The notes under the pieces: model-generated
Seen by the model: the letters and a program-made list of their open reading frames with translations, nothing else
The model's database searches: none
Told to the model about the DNA's origin: nothing
Position numbers and translations under genes: made by a program
NCBI GenBank assembly: GCA_951406725.2
Contig: OX597815.1
Span: forward strand, 18,724,001-18,788,000
Origin: Octopus vulgaris
Taxonomy: Eukaryota
Reading direction: 5' to 3'
DNA: 64,000 bases
Part shown: positions 13,511 to 27,446 of the stretch, in pieces
How positions within the stretch are numbered: the stretch's first letter is position 1
How the letters are laid out: each line of letters opens with the position of its first letter

Positions 13511-14100
13511 AGGCGCAGGAGTGGCTGTGTGGTAAGTAGCTTGCTTAGCAACCACATGGTTCCGGGTTCAGTCCCACTGCGTGGCATCTTGGGCAAGTGT
13601 CTACTACTATAGCCTCGGGCCGATCAAAGCCTTGTGAGTGGATTTGGTAGACGGAAACTGAAAGAAGCCCGTCGTATTTATGTATATATATGTGTTTCTC
13701 TCCGTGTTTCTTTTCTGTGTATCTTTCTGTTGAAGAGCGTAGGCTCGAAACGTAAAAGACTTGTTTTATTTCTATTCCTGAGCGCCATACTAATACAATT
13801 GTTTGTTTGTACTCCACCTGCCTTCGTCTTATGTTTATTTTCGTAAGCTTCCCGTATATATATGTATATATGTGTGTGTGTGTGCGTGTTTGTGGGTCTG
13901 TGTTTGTCCCCCTAGCATTGCTTGACAACCGATGCTGGTGTGTTTATGTCCCCGTCACTTAGCGGTTCGGCAAAAGAGACCGATAGAATAAGTACTGGGC
14001 TTACAAAAGAATAAGTCCCGGAATAAGTCGAGTTGCTCGACTAAAGGCGGTGCTCCAGCATGGCCGCTGTCAAATGACTGAAACAAGTAAAAGAGTAAAA
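13511..14100 (+). mobile_element. Family A SINE interrupted by a hammerhead-bearing insert at about 13690-13855
   Basis: Full head and tail; extra segment of about 165 bp in the internal TA/TG tract is absent from other copies. Confidence 0.9.
13722..13759 (+). ncRNA. Minimal type I hammerhead-like motif, CUGUUGA core
   Basis: TCTTT-CTGTTGA-A-GAGC(GTAG)GCTC-GAAA-CG-TA-AAAGA; perfect 5-bp stem I and 4-bp stem II. Confidence 0.6.
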
Positions 14101-14347
14101 CAGTAATTAATATAAATAAAAGATAGAAACAAATAAGACATGAAGGGAATTACTCCACATGCGGAATTCTGAAAATAGAACTTATGAGTGTTACTCTCAC
14201 ATTTTCTAAGATGTCTTAATACAAACAAAATGAAACGATCGACTGTCCATACAAAAACGTACAGATCTGTGTTTGTGTGGTAAAAAAAAAAGGTAGTATG
14301 ATATGACAACTGTGGCAATAAACATAAAACCTACTGTTATTACCTAA

Positions 14348-14360
14348 ACTACTACTGCTG

Positions 14361-14420
<60 letters not shown>

Positions 14421-14575
14421 ACTACTACAGCTACCGCTAAAGATAAAATTTTGAGGAGGGGATTAAGTCGATTGCATCGACCCACTGCTCGACTGGCACT
14501 CCTTTTTTATCGAGCCCGAAAATATGAAAGACAAAGTCGACCCCGACGTAATAAATAGTAGTAATAATAATAATG

Positions 14576-14654
<79 letters not shown>

Positions 14655-14893
14655 TAATAATAATAATAATAATAGATTTGCTTGTCAGTTGTGTGACCTT
14701 AACCAGTTGAGCATATCCCTTAGGGGCTGACGATATGTGCATCTCTGATCATGAGCAGAAGTAGTGGGGGAGCATCATAGCCATGTGTTTGTGCTGTTTA
14801 TCTTGATATGAGATCACCAGTCGCGCACATATGGTAGTAGTAGTAGTAGTAGTAGTAGTAGACGGGTAGTAGTAGTATAATAGTTCTATATTT

Positions 14894-14934
<41 letters not shown>

Positions 14935-14960
14935 TGATTATGATGATGATGATGATGATA
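14348..14960. repeat. Trinucleotide microsatellite cluster: (CTA)n, (AAT)n, (TAG)n, (GAT)n
   Basis: Directly visible, interleaved with repeat fragments. Confidence 0.95.
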
Positions 14961-17900
14961 ATAGATGCCCTGATGCAGTACCAAGCGCTGGCTCTCAAGG
15001 CTTTCTGATTCGAAGTGTTACCATGTACATTGTTTTGTCTGAGTGTAGGACATAATTTCCCTAGGAGAAACGCCTCATACTTAAAGTGTGAAAGTGGACA
15101 AAAGCCCTATGGTTATATCTTTTGATTATTATGTCGTAGTTTATTTTTTCACCTTTTACTTGTTTCAGTCATTAGACTGCGGCCATGCTGGAGTACCAAT
15201 TTGAAGAACTTTTAGTCGAATTTATCGACCTCAGCATTTTTCTAAATGATTTTCAACCAGCGTATGAATTAGGCCTAGAAGGTCTCTCCTTATGCAAGAA
15301 ATAACAGCCAAATCAATTTTTTTTTATTTTTATAATTTCACATAAACAAAAACGGATATCGCGGTTGTAAAAATAAATTTATTTTCCAAAATTCCAAATT
15401 TTAAGTAAAAAAAATATTTTCAATCGAAAATAAATAAGTAGAATAGAATTTACAAAACACCAGACTCTTTACTACTCAATCTACATATTGTCTGAATTCT
15501 AACAAACGGGAAAGCATTTATTTCAAGAAATGTGTAGAAACATAAGATCGATAAGAAGTACGTTTAAATAACTAGCCTTCGGCGCCATAATTCTATTAGA
15601 CCTTGAACGGCCGGAGAAAGTTCAAAAGGTCAGCTTATTCTCATTAATCTGTAAGTGCTGAGAGAAGAAAAGAAAAGATTTTAATTATATATTTTAAAAC
15701 GATGAATTTTCGCGACTAAAAATTCTTCAAGGAAGTGCCCCAGCATGGCTGCAGTCTAGTGTCTGAAACAAGCAGAAAGATTTTTAGAAAATGAAAGAAA
15801 AATACCGGAGGGTGTTATAAAAAACGATCAAGGGATTTGGCTGTCATTTGTAGCCTGTTGAGATACTGTCCTACCCAATATCAACCACTCTGGTGTTAGT
15901 TGGTCGGCATTTAACAAGGTGTTGAGTTGCGTAGCTATCGTGCATGACATTCACCAAATCATCGACTCCAGAATATTTTTAGATGATTTTCAACCAGGGC
16001 TTGAAGTTAAGCCTAGAAGGACTCTCGACATCCTAGAAATAACAGCCAAATCTCTTGAAATTTTTTATAACCCTACTCTCCGGCTATATTTGTTGGTTAT
16101 TCTTCGTTTTTATATTTTCTAAAGATCTTTTTGCCTGTTCCAGACACTGGGTAGCAGCCATGCTGGGCCACCGCCTTGAAGAATTTTTAGTCGAATGTAT
16201 CGACGCCAGAATGATTTTTAGGTGATTTTCAACAAGCACATAAAGTTAAGCCTAGAATGTCTCTCCACACGCTAGAAATAACAGCCGTATCTTACAAATT
16301 TTCTGTTATAATTTCACGTAAACATAAACGGAAATCGCTGTTGTAAAACAAATATATTATTTTCCAAAATTCCAATTTTTAAGTAAACAAAATATATTCA
16401 ATCGTAAAACGGTTGCAAAACATCTATGTCCCTCACAATGGTATGTTCTGTGTTTCAATTATTTTCATCGTTTTTTAGAATAATTTTATAATAATTTTGA
16501 AAATGAAAATAAATCAACCATAGCATCAATAATAGAATAACAGAACACAAGACTCTTTACTAATCAATGTACATATTGTTTGAATTCTAACAAACGGGAA
16601 AGCATTTACTTCAAGAAATACGTAGAAACATAAAAACAACAAGTACGTTTGAATGACTGCCATTCGGAGCCATAATTCTGTTAGACCATCAACGGCCAGA
16701 GAAAGTTCAAAAGGTCAACTTATTCTCATTAATCTGTAAGTGCTAAGAGGAGTAAACAAAATGCTGATTTTTCTACGGCCAAAAATTTCTCAAGCTGGTG
16801 CCCTAGTATGGCCGCAGTCCAAGGACGGAAACAAATAAAAAGATTTTTAGAAAATAAAAAAAAAACCGAAGGCGTTATGAAAAAATTTAAAGAGATTTGG
16901 CTGTTATTTCTCGCATGTGGAGATACCTTCTAGGCCTAACTTTATGCACAGGTTGAAAATCATTCAAAAACATTCTGCGATAGTTATATTCGAATAAAAT
17001 TTCCTCATGGTGGTGCAACAAGTAAAAACATTTAAAATTCTATCGTCGATACATTCAACTAAAATTTCTTCAGGGTTTTGCCCCAGCATGGCCGCAGTTT
17101 AATAACTCAACAAGTAAACACAGAAAAAACTCTATCACCGATACATTCGACTAAAAATTCTTCAATGTGGTGCCACAGCATGGCCGCAGTCTAATAGCTG
17201 CAACAAGCAATAAGAGAAGAAAAAAGTTCCGAGATCGATACGTTCAACTAAAAATTCTTCAAGGCGGTGCCCCAGCTTGGAATCAGTCTAATGACTGAAA
17301 CATGTAAAAGGTGAAACGAAAAAAGAACGAAAAAATAGTCGAAGAATGGGGCGTTTGTCCGTGTGGCTGTGTGGCTTTTGTCCACTTTCACACTTTAACT
17401 TATGGGGAATTTGTCCCGGGAGCTTTTCCCCTGGGACTTTTGTCCTAGGTGGATTTTCTCTTACACTTCTTCTCAATACACAGATTTGCTTCTCACTTGC
17501 TTGATAATAACCAATAGAGCAGATGTCCCTATCGGACGGGTAGTCATGAAGTGTATATTCGGCTTCGTATATTTGTACTCCAGCGGCACTTTGCTATGCA
17601 ATATCAGGTACTGTCTCTCATGTCTTCTGATCGTAAATGATTAGAAGTGTTATCATGTACATCTTTTGTCTTGGTGTAAAAGCTGAGCTTCATCAAATAT
17701 TCTGCCCAATACCACAGACTTGCTTGCTATTTGCTTGACCATGACCAGTTGAACATGTCCCTTCGTGGTTGACAAAATATATGCATCTCTGATCACGATC
17801 AGAAGTAGTTGGGGATCATCATAGCCATGTGTTGAGAGGAATTCTTTGGGGTTTGAATATTTCACCTCTGGAAAAATAGGTGTTTCGTTCGTCTTCCTTA

Positions 17901-18140
17901 AAACAAGCCTTATTCAGAGACCTTTTACGTGGGATGGTCTACTCGACCGGAAGAAAATTCTACCCGGGTCCCACCTGCAAGGTCATGCGCTGTTTATCTT
18001 CATAAGCCATCATCATGTTGTTCACGTATGACTATGATGCATCATGTGCTTACATCAATCATACGGGTAGTCATACTGAGCTTTCGGTTTATTAGTACCT
18101 CAGTGTCTCTTTGATGGCATGCACTGCTCTCTCACTCAAT
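14673..18140. repeat. Fragments of an unclassified (AAT)n-associated interspersed repeat (14673-14833, 14961-15040, 17470-18140)
   Basis: Shared segments, e.g. GCATCTCTGATCA.GA.CAGAAGTAGT.GGGGA.CATCATAGCCATGTGTT near 14740 and 17785. Confidence 0.7.
15041..17469. mobile_element. Larger foldback-like element with duplicated core
   Basis: TTAAAGTGTGAAAGTGGACAAAAGCC near both ends in inverted orientation; core repeated at about 15240-15870 and 16210-16960; homologous to 4184-5277. Confidence 0.7.
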
Positions 18141-19024
18141 AAAGATAATAATTATAAAGATGATGATGATGATGTGATGTTGACGACGTTCACGACAACA
18201 ACGAGGATGCTGATGGCGACGACAATGACGGTAGTTGCCATATTAGTGGTAACGGCGGGGATGATGATGTTAATGATGAATAAAAAAGAAAGGAAGAAAA
18301 AATAAGAAGCGAATGATAATGATGTCTGTTACATCGTGATGTATCAAATCAATAGTCGTTCAAAGCAGACTCAGTTACTACCTTATGAAATTTATTCTTA
18401 GTATCAATTGATAGTAAAAATTAATTTGAGTGTGGTGACATGTCGAAAGTGTAAGTTGAAAGTAACTTTACCGTTACTGCTGAAAGAAGCACAATATTAG
18501 ATAAAATAGTAATAAAAGTATTTGTTACTTTAATTTCTGTTTCGGTACATCACCGAGCTAACGTCTGTTAGCTCGTCTGTGTTTTCCAAAACAAAATGAC
18601 TGGCTGCTATACAGTTGCTACGATCAATACAAAGACCGGTGAGGGCAAATATGTCAAATTACTGAGCTGAAAGAGTCATACACTAAAAATTATTTTCTTA
18701 TCTATTTTCATGATTCAGTGTTGTTTCCATTGATCTAATGTTAGAGACAGTTATAAACAACTGCAAAACGAATATCCAATATTCAGTACATTAATAGATA
18801 ATAAAGCTCTATTAAAAGAGTTAAGGTAAGTACGGTTGCAAAACAACGATTTCATGGAGAAATAAATAAATAGACCCAACAGTACATATAACCCTTGGGA
18901 TTAATTTCCCTATTTATAATAGCGATGCATTCTTTTATTCCTTTATTCTTTCGCTTGTTTCAGTCATTTGACTGTGGCCATGCTGGAGCACCTCCTTTCT
19001 CTGTTAAAATATTTCACAAGCACA

Positions 19025-19256
19025 TACCTATTTCCTTACTACCCACGAGGGGCTAAACACAGAGGGGATAAACAAGGACAGACAAACGGATTAAGTCAAT
19101 TATATCGACCCCAGTGCGTAACTGGTACTTATTTAATCGACCCCGAAAGGATGAAAGGCAGAGTCGACCTTGGCGGAATTTGAACCCAGAACGTAGTAGC
19201 AGACGAAATACCACTAAGCATTTCGCCCGGCGTGCTAACGATTCTGCCAGCTCACC
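19025..19256 (-). mobile_element. Family B SINE
   Basis: Matches 8542-8763 and 59034-59265. Confidence 0.92.
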
Positions 19257-19397
19257 TTAAAACTGGGTTCTACTAAATTTGCTGTCGTTTTGCTTTTGTG
19301 TTCTAACTTTTCTGAAGACGTGTCGTGGCAATGTGTTCAATATATTCTCATGCACGAGTTTCACTATTTTACAATCCAATATGCTTTCGAAGTTTAG

Positions 19398-19630
19398 GGC
19401 GGCAAGCTGGCAGAATCGTTAGCACGCCGGGCGAAATGCTTAGCGGTATTTCGTCTGCCGTTACGTTCTGAGTTCAAATTCCGCCGAGGTCGACTTTGCC
19501 TTTCATCCTTTCGGGGCCGATTAAATAAGTACCAGTTACGTACTGGGGTCGATGTAATAGACTTAATACCTATGTCTGTCCTTGTTTGTCCCCTCTATGT
19601 TTTGCCCCTGTGGGCAATAAAGAAATAAAT
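19398..19630 (+). mobile_element. Family B SINE with target-site duplication
   Basis: Full length; flanked by AATATGCTT(T/C)CGAAGTT on both sides. Confidence 0.93.
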
Positions 19631-20143
19631 ATGCTTCCGAAGTTAATAAGACTATCAGAATCCAGCCCGAGGGCAATATTTCTAATTGTAATGAAGGAGA
19701 TATAATTTTCCTATTATTGGCACAAGGCCAGCAATGTTTTGTTCTGCGAGGGGTGGGTTAGTCAATCACCTCAACTCCAGTGCCTCATTAGTTCTTATTT
19801 TATCAACCATAAAAGGATAAAAAGCTAAGTCGATCTTGCTATGATTTGAGTCAGGAATGTAAAATCGGAAAAAATGCCGAGAGGCATTTTTGTTCGACAT
19901 GTTAAAAATTCTACCAGACCATAGTTTTTTATGATAATTGCCCAATAGATCGCAATGCACGTGCTGACTTACTAACTGCATGACAAGCACAATTATAGGA
20001 TGCTAACACTTTGCGGTCTTAAAATTATAAGATGCTAACACTTTGCGGCCTTAAAATCAAAACTAAAAGTTACGGAGACGTAAACAAACCACCACCGATT
20101 ATCAAATGTGTGTGTATGTGTGGGGGCAAACACAGACTCAAAG

Positions 20144-20187
<44 letters not shown>

Positions 20188-20321
20188 ACATGTATGTATT
20201 TATTGAAGTATTTATGTACATATAAGTACACACAAAAACTAAAATTCGTTGCATTTGTAGCGGTTAAAGGAAATTGAAAATAGCAGCAAAGTAAATGCCA
20301 CTAGAATGATTATAAAGGGAG

Positions 20322-21545
20322 GCCGGGTAGCGAGATTTTCTTTCCCACGAGAGTTCCGGCCCCATGTTATGAACTCATTTGCATACAGCCAATCAGAGTT
20401 CAAATATCAAGCTAATTTTTCAGCGCATAACAAGTGATGGGCGATAAGATAAGGGCTTTTGGATAAGGAATGCCCATGCTCCTTTTCTCTTTTGATAATG
20501 CTTGTTGTTCTTGCTCTAGTTTGAACCATGGCTGTCTCTGCGTAGTTGTTTGTGTTGTTGCTTACTTTGTAAAACAGTAAGTTACTAGACTCTAACCACT
20601 CTTTTCCTATTGACTTCTTTACCATATTGGGCCCTAACAAAATCCGATAATGGATATAGATGCAAATCTATCAAATTGTTTGTCTCCTTCTAAAATCAGG
20701 CATAACTTGGCGATCGGTCGACTTACAACACCGTTCTTCGTCTTGAGTTTACTTGGTAGAGTGTGTTTGTTAACTTGACAATAAGGTCAAGGTGAGCTCT
20801 GATTGGCTGTATGCAAATGAGTTCATTACTGGGGTCCGGAACTTCCGTGGGAAAAATTTCGTTACCCGTCACGAAATGTTTACCAAGTGAGTTCCGGACC
20901 CCAGTAATGAATTCATTTGCATACAGCCAATCAGAGTTTACCTTGAAAACCCAAATACTGTATACTACTACAGTACAGCCAGTGAGGCATAGAAGGGTGT
21001 ATGTCACTCTGTGAGTACAACAGAGGTCACACATAAGCACTACATCCACCGTCACCGTGCTCATAGATCAATTGAGCACCATCTCTTTATGGAGCTAACA
21101 TTAGGTACCTAGGCTCAGAATGAGATTTGTGATACTGCATGTGCCCATTGATATATACAAGGAGGGTGCAGTACGGCACAACGCCATATTGATTACGATA
21201 TTTCCAGATCAACACCAACATTTAAAATTAGGAATGAACAGAGTCAGTCAAAAAATTAGGAAACTACACACATTTGTATTTTTTAGTAAATTACGCAAAT
21301 TTGCAACACTTATGGTATAATCGGGGGAAAGTTCTCCATTCACTTTATACACTAAATTTCACCCCTATAAACCCGTTTAGAACAGTTAGGTTTTGCTATA
21401 ATGCACATTTTACACTGAACTCAACCAGAGTGTTTTCGTGACTAGGTGGACAGTAGTTTGATATTTGAGCTGTGATTGGCTGTATGCAAATGAGTTCATA
21501 ACTGGGGTTCAGAACTCTCGTGGGGGAAAAAAATTTCGCGGCCGA
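20322..21545. mobile_element. Two abutting MITE-like elements (about 20322-20870 and 20871-21545) sharing TIRs of about 80 bp
   Basis: Four copies in alternating orientation of GAGTTCCGGACCCCAGTAATGAACTCATTTGCATACAGCCAATCAGAG-like sequence. Confidence 0.7.
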
Positions 21546-21617
21546 GTAAGAGAAACACGTGTTATTGTACGGCTTATACTTTCAATTTGCAATCTTCTAA
21601 ACACAAATTCTAGAATG

Positions 21618-21726
21618 GATATCGTTGTTCATCTAAATATGTCAAACAATAAGTGATATCGGGGGTCATCTAAATATGTCAAAAAGTGATATCGGCGTTC
21701 ATCTAAATATATCGAAAAATAAGTGA
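21618..21726 (+). repeat. Minisatellite, three units of about 35 bp
   Basis: GATATCG..G.TCATCTAAATAT.TC.AA..ATAAGT repeated. Confidence 0.85.
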
Positions 21727-21734
21727 ATATTAAG

Positions 21735-22246
21735 TATCTTTATTTACATTTGACGGATATTGGTCCTCATCTTGTTTATACCCTCCAGCCTTCATCAGGT
21801 GTCTTGGGGAAATTTCGAACCTGGGTTCTCATTCCTAAGGTATTTTCGATGTTATTATTATTATTATTATTCACTGCCTGGAACCGAACTCGGAATCTTG
21901 GAGTTAGTAGCCCGTACTCTTAACCACTACACAATTTTAGAGCTTCCTTAATACCGGTTCTCATATGCTATTCATATCTGCACTCGGTCTGCTTAGGAGG
22001 TTGTTGTGTCCTAGCATATATGCTGCTTCTTTTGGTTATCGTATTTTCCAATGCCGTTCTCTGTTATTTTAACTTCATTCCACAGGTTCGGAATTTCCCC
22101 AAGACACTTGATGAAGGCTGGAGAGTATATCAGCCGAAACGCTGTCTTAACAACAAAACAAGATGAGGACAAGTATCCGTCAAATGCAAATAATTTAAAT
22201 AATGTAAATAATGTACATTATTCCTCATCTCTTAAATATAGAACTG
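21735..22246. mobile_element. PLE-type terminal-repeat fragments in inverted orientation, with hammerhead motif
   Basis: 21741-21823 is the reverse complement of about 22082-22190 minus a deletion; CTTGATGAAGGCTG..CAGCCGAAACG at about 22107-22141. Confidence 0.65.
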
Positions 22247-24402
22247 TATTAAGTATCCTGTTGAACAAGTTTATAAATTTATAATGTGACACGAAAAGCT
22301 GTACCTTTTATATATTATTCATATCCATTCTCTCTCTCGATAATTTTAATGAAATGTTCAAATTTGCAAGGCTACTAAGCAATATTACTGTATTAATATT
22401 TCTTTTCTGAACCAAAGAACTATATTAAACTGAGTTTTGTGTGTGTGTGTGTGTGGTTTCTGTTATTTAGCGGAACTATTTGTGAAAACGCTCAACTAAT
22501 ATCTTCAATGTTGAAATAGAGGTATTTACCAAGCATCAGGAAAAAAAAACCTTTATCATCTCGGGTATTATTTTCCATGAATATCATTTTACATTGTTTT
22601 AGCAATAACATCCCGTTCGATGGTAGTACCTCAATGATATTTAAGGAAAGCTACTGATAACACGTATTATATCATTTTAAGGTAAGTGACATTATTGACA
22701 TTTTCCATCGTATTTTCGTGGTTTAAACGCTTAACTATCTTTTGTTCAGTAGGCATTCTGTAGCTATCTCCTCGAACTGTTAAAGGATCACCATAAAACT
22801 GTGATTTGATATTAAGTTCACTAGTCCAGTTTTAAAGTTTGCATGAAATGTATAGATGCATAATGTTATTTTGCGATACATAATATTTTTCCTTCGAGTA
22901 TTTATTAAGATAACTTACTCCGCATTTCTGTGGTCGTGTGAAATGACATTGAGATCTGAGTACTTACATAAGATATTGTTCTACCTTCAGGGCACTACTT
23001 TGTACGTACTCCTACATCCTATAGATATTCACATAGTGCATAGCCATGTATCATGGTTGCAGGTATGTTCGTTAATTATGTAAGTGAAGATCTTATTGTC
23101 GGAATAGAATGACTCTTGTGGGTACTATATTTCTAGCTATATAGTATATTCCTAAAAATTCCTGAATCACTTAAACTGAAGAGTAGATATTTAATCAAAT
23201 TTGAATAATCCTTTCTGGTTTTAAAAGCAATGTTTATAAATGTAGTGATATTTTACAAATTTTTTAAGTAACATATTTTAAGTAACAAATCTTTTAAGTA
23301 ACTGCGATGCATCAGCATATCCGCAGCTCTGAGCTGAAACTAGAGAAAAAAAACATATATGATATTTTATGCTAACTGTTTAATCCAATGTTCTGTTTCA
23401 ATAACACCTAGAAAATGTTTGTATTAAAATAATGGGAATTTTAAAGAAGCTGACAGCGTATTGAGCACCAATTTAATGAAATGCGTACCAACCCTGACCA
23501 AGCTATATTTCTTCGAGGAAAATTATATCTTGAAATATATTATTCAATACGTGCTTTCACGTATATGTGGTCACTATATATGGTTTATAGCAGGTCCCAT
23601 GAACACATTGCAGAAAGTCAGTCATCGTCTTGTATTACATTAAGGTCTCACACATTTTTCGAGGTTATAATTGGAACTTTCTTGTAACTATTGACTTGGC
23701 AGCAAACATGCACTTCACGCCGCTGTTTTTTTTTTATGTGCGGCAAAACATTGGTTAATATTCTGGTAAAACTGGAGGTTTCTGTAAATGTGATAAATGA
23801 ATGTTCTCAGTATTTTTCTCAGTGACTGTATTCAATAAATGCTTCAAGCTTCAATGTAAATTGCAACACTAGAAAATACGACAATGTAATGCTAGCCTAA
23901 AAGAAAGAGAATTGATATTCTTCAGTTATATTTTAAAGAATGAAGTTAACTATATTCTGAAATCTCACTTGCTTTTAAGACGGCAACGTCAGAAAATATA
24001 TTCATAAAACACTGAATTGGTGTTAATTGAATCATAAATGTTCTAGCCAATTATATTTTAATGTATATTTAGATATATTTTAAACGTATATTATGTTATA
24101 ATCGTTCTTTATTAGCAGACGCATTATGTGAACCACATTTCTATTGATATAACTTTACAAATAGAATCATAAGAAGAAAAATGGCGATGAATCTCAACAA
24201 TTGCATAAATTGTGATAGTGAATTACAACTATTTACGTTTGCACTTTAAAATCTAAGTCATTTTTGCTTCTCAACTTCTGCAAGCAATAAAATATGTGCC
24301 TGTTAACCACTGCAATCCCTGTAAACACATAGCGCCCCTTACCAAACACATGTGGCCTTCTACGTAAAATGCTCATAGTATTCCTTCAAACAGCGTTTTT
24401 TT

Positions 24403-24802
24403 TTGTGATATGGGTAATTTGCATCCTCGTTTATAAATCCCACAACTTAAATTACGTTCTCAGAATAAAAATAATTCCTTTCTTGCATCCATCATAAATT
24501 CTTTTCAATATGTCCGTATATGTCCGACACACAATAATATAATGCAAAACCATAATATATAGAATCGTAGAAATATATTATATCCGGAACATCATATTTA
24601 GTATTTAACATGAAGAGGGTAATTTGAACCATATGCCGAAAATCGGGGAACGGTAACATCTCTCTTGTAAAATAACTGAACGATAATCCAGTTGTGATAT
24701 GGGTAATCTGCATCCTCGTTTATAAATCCGACAACTTAAATTATGTTCTCAGAGTAAAAATAATTCCTTTCTTGCATCCATCATAAATTCTTTTCAATAT
24801 GT
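24403..24802 (+). repeat. 111-bp direct duplication (24403-24513 and 24692-24802)
   Basis: About 4 mismatches between copies. Confidence 0.9.
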
Positions 24803-26330
24803 TCGAATATTGTAGAAGAACTTGACTTATGTCTCCCATAATTAAAACATTAAGCCTCTTATGTTATGTGATTATATACTAGTTAGTCATATCAAATTAT
24901 AGTTACGCAGAATCAGAAAATTATAAGGACGCATACTCTCTCTTAATAACAAGTAAACATAGCCAAGTCAGCTGAGTTTGAAGCCAAAATATCCATTTTA
25001 AATGATCGACATGACATCAGTAATCGTAGGTCATGAGGCCAATATCTCAAATTAAGTATGTTCCAATAACCAACGACATTTGAGATTAACATTGAAATAC
25101 AAGTAATATATGGGAAAAATCAGAACAGTATTTCTGTCGCTGCATATTAAGTTTTTTGATGTTCCTCACAGAAAAGATATTTAGCCATCAATATATCGCT
25201 TGTTCTTTTTCAGTGACGAATTAAAAGGCATTGAATTTATTGCATTTAGTTCTGAATACTAACCATGCAAAGCTAAGTACCTTTGACCGAAATATACATC
25301 ATAATGACACAATTCTTTAGAAAAGAAAACAAGCGACGTTCCAACTTGTAAGAAATGAGTACGAGTTATACTGCTTTTTCTCATAAGAACACTTTCTGTT
25401 CGCTAAGCACTAATAGCTATAAGGTGTTTGATATGTATTCAACATCACTACACAGAAAAGAAAAATGGCGAACAACTAGAGCTACGATATATAATTAAAC
25501 ATACTTAAATTAATAAAGCACCTGCTATGATACCTCTATTTCATGTAAAGCAATAAGTATGTTTAGTTAGATATTAATTTCGAGATCACAGCATAAATTC
25601 AAGATATTTTTTGCTGGGTAGTCGGGGTCACAGTTCATATCACTGTATGATTACTATCCTATCGATTACCCAGTTTTACTGCACAGAATCGTTTTAATAA
25701 CTCTGCTAAGTAGGTAGATTTCCTCACATTAAGGTATGTTTGAAAACCTAATACGATATTGGAATAATATTTCTCAAAAACATGTGTTAGAAAAGTCCAT
25801 CAATCGTGTGGAGAGCAGTTGAGGATCTCACGTATACATTCTGGTGCCTCTAGCATAGATATGCCATGTAAATATCCGTGGACTAGACATAATTTACTCT
25901 TGCTTGCTATACCTAGCCTGTTTAGTCTGAAAATGATGATTTGCAATTTAGGATCCAAAGTGAACTAAATATGTGGATAAATATTGATGTTCTTGCTCAT
26001 AATGTTACTGAATTTGTTCTTGTAACAACCGTCGCCTTTTTTGTTTAGACTCTGAGTGAACAAATATATAAAAGGCATTCCAACCGTAAAGATTCCATCG
26101 TTTTAGAGGTAACAAGTGTTACAATTTGTAATTGCTTCTAAGTCGAAACTGGCAATCACTGTCCCCTTTTTTTCCGGTAAAGATTAATAAATATATACTC
26201 TACTAAAAAGTATTGGGTATTCAGTTTAATGTCAAATTTATTTTGTAATATTCCATAAATATTGTACACACATGCGCGCGCGTATATGTATGCATGTGTG
26301 TATGTATTCATGTATGCTTGCATGCATGTG

Positions 26331-26542
<212 letters not shown>

Positions 26543-27446
26543 GATAATACGCGTAAAACGAAGATGGAGGATAACAGGCTTTAATCGTAGATCACAACAA
26601 TTGCTTCTGCACTGCACACAGAGCTTTATTGTGCTGAGCTTATATTCAAATATCATTATTGAAGAACATCATTTATAATTATTATAAAATTGAATACTCA
26701 TCGTTAACCACCGTGTGCGGGCACTTTATCGGGTGAAATACGGTTAATTCCTGTTGCATCCTGTTTAGCATATACATTTCATTCGTCCAATCTTGTTGAC
26801 AAGTTTCGGGGTCCCAAGCGTAAAAAAATGTAAAATTACAATAATACTATGAAAACAGCAATGACAGTAGCAGAGCTAAGGCGAATTTCAAGGTGCTCAT
26901 AATATTATTAAGGAAGAAAAATATATATCAAAATGAATCTCATTTGAGCGACGGTGCTAGTTAGATTAAAAGCCAAATAAGAATGTTATTGTTACTGATG
27001 GTATTATTGTAATTTTATTTTATTTATATATCCTCCCCCCTATGAAACACCCTCACACGGCTGTTGCTGAACAGTATTCAACTATACGATAAATGTAACG
27101 AATACTATATAATGGTATTTTAGCAGAAATTCCTTAACTTGAAGCTGGCGTGCTGTGCAGAAACAAAATGTTGTGATTTACTATTAAGACCTCTTATCCT
27201 CTGTTCTGTCATATTATCCTTGTAATAATCTCACGTAAAGAGAAGTTCCGCATGTGTATGCAGCCCTGGAGTACACACCACTGCAATATATCAAGTGGTA
27301 ACCGAGTAACGGTAAAAGAGCTTTTAAGTCCACATTACAAGGTTTTCACCCGAATTCTACCATATATATATATATATTGGTAAAAACGGTAAGATAACAA
27401 AAGAAAGAAAGAGACCTCAATATTATGTAAATAGAGGCAATTTATC

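Noticed and set aside
21618-21726. Three repeats of about 35 bp as a possible CRISPR array
   Set aside because: No spacers, no cas genes, eukaryotic context
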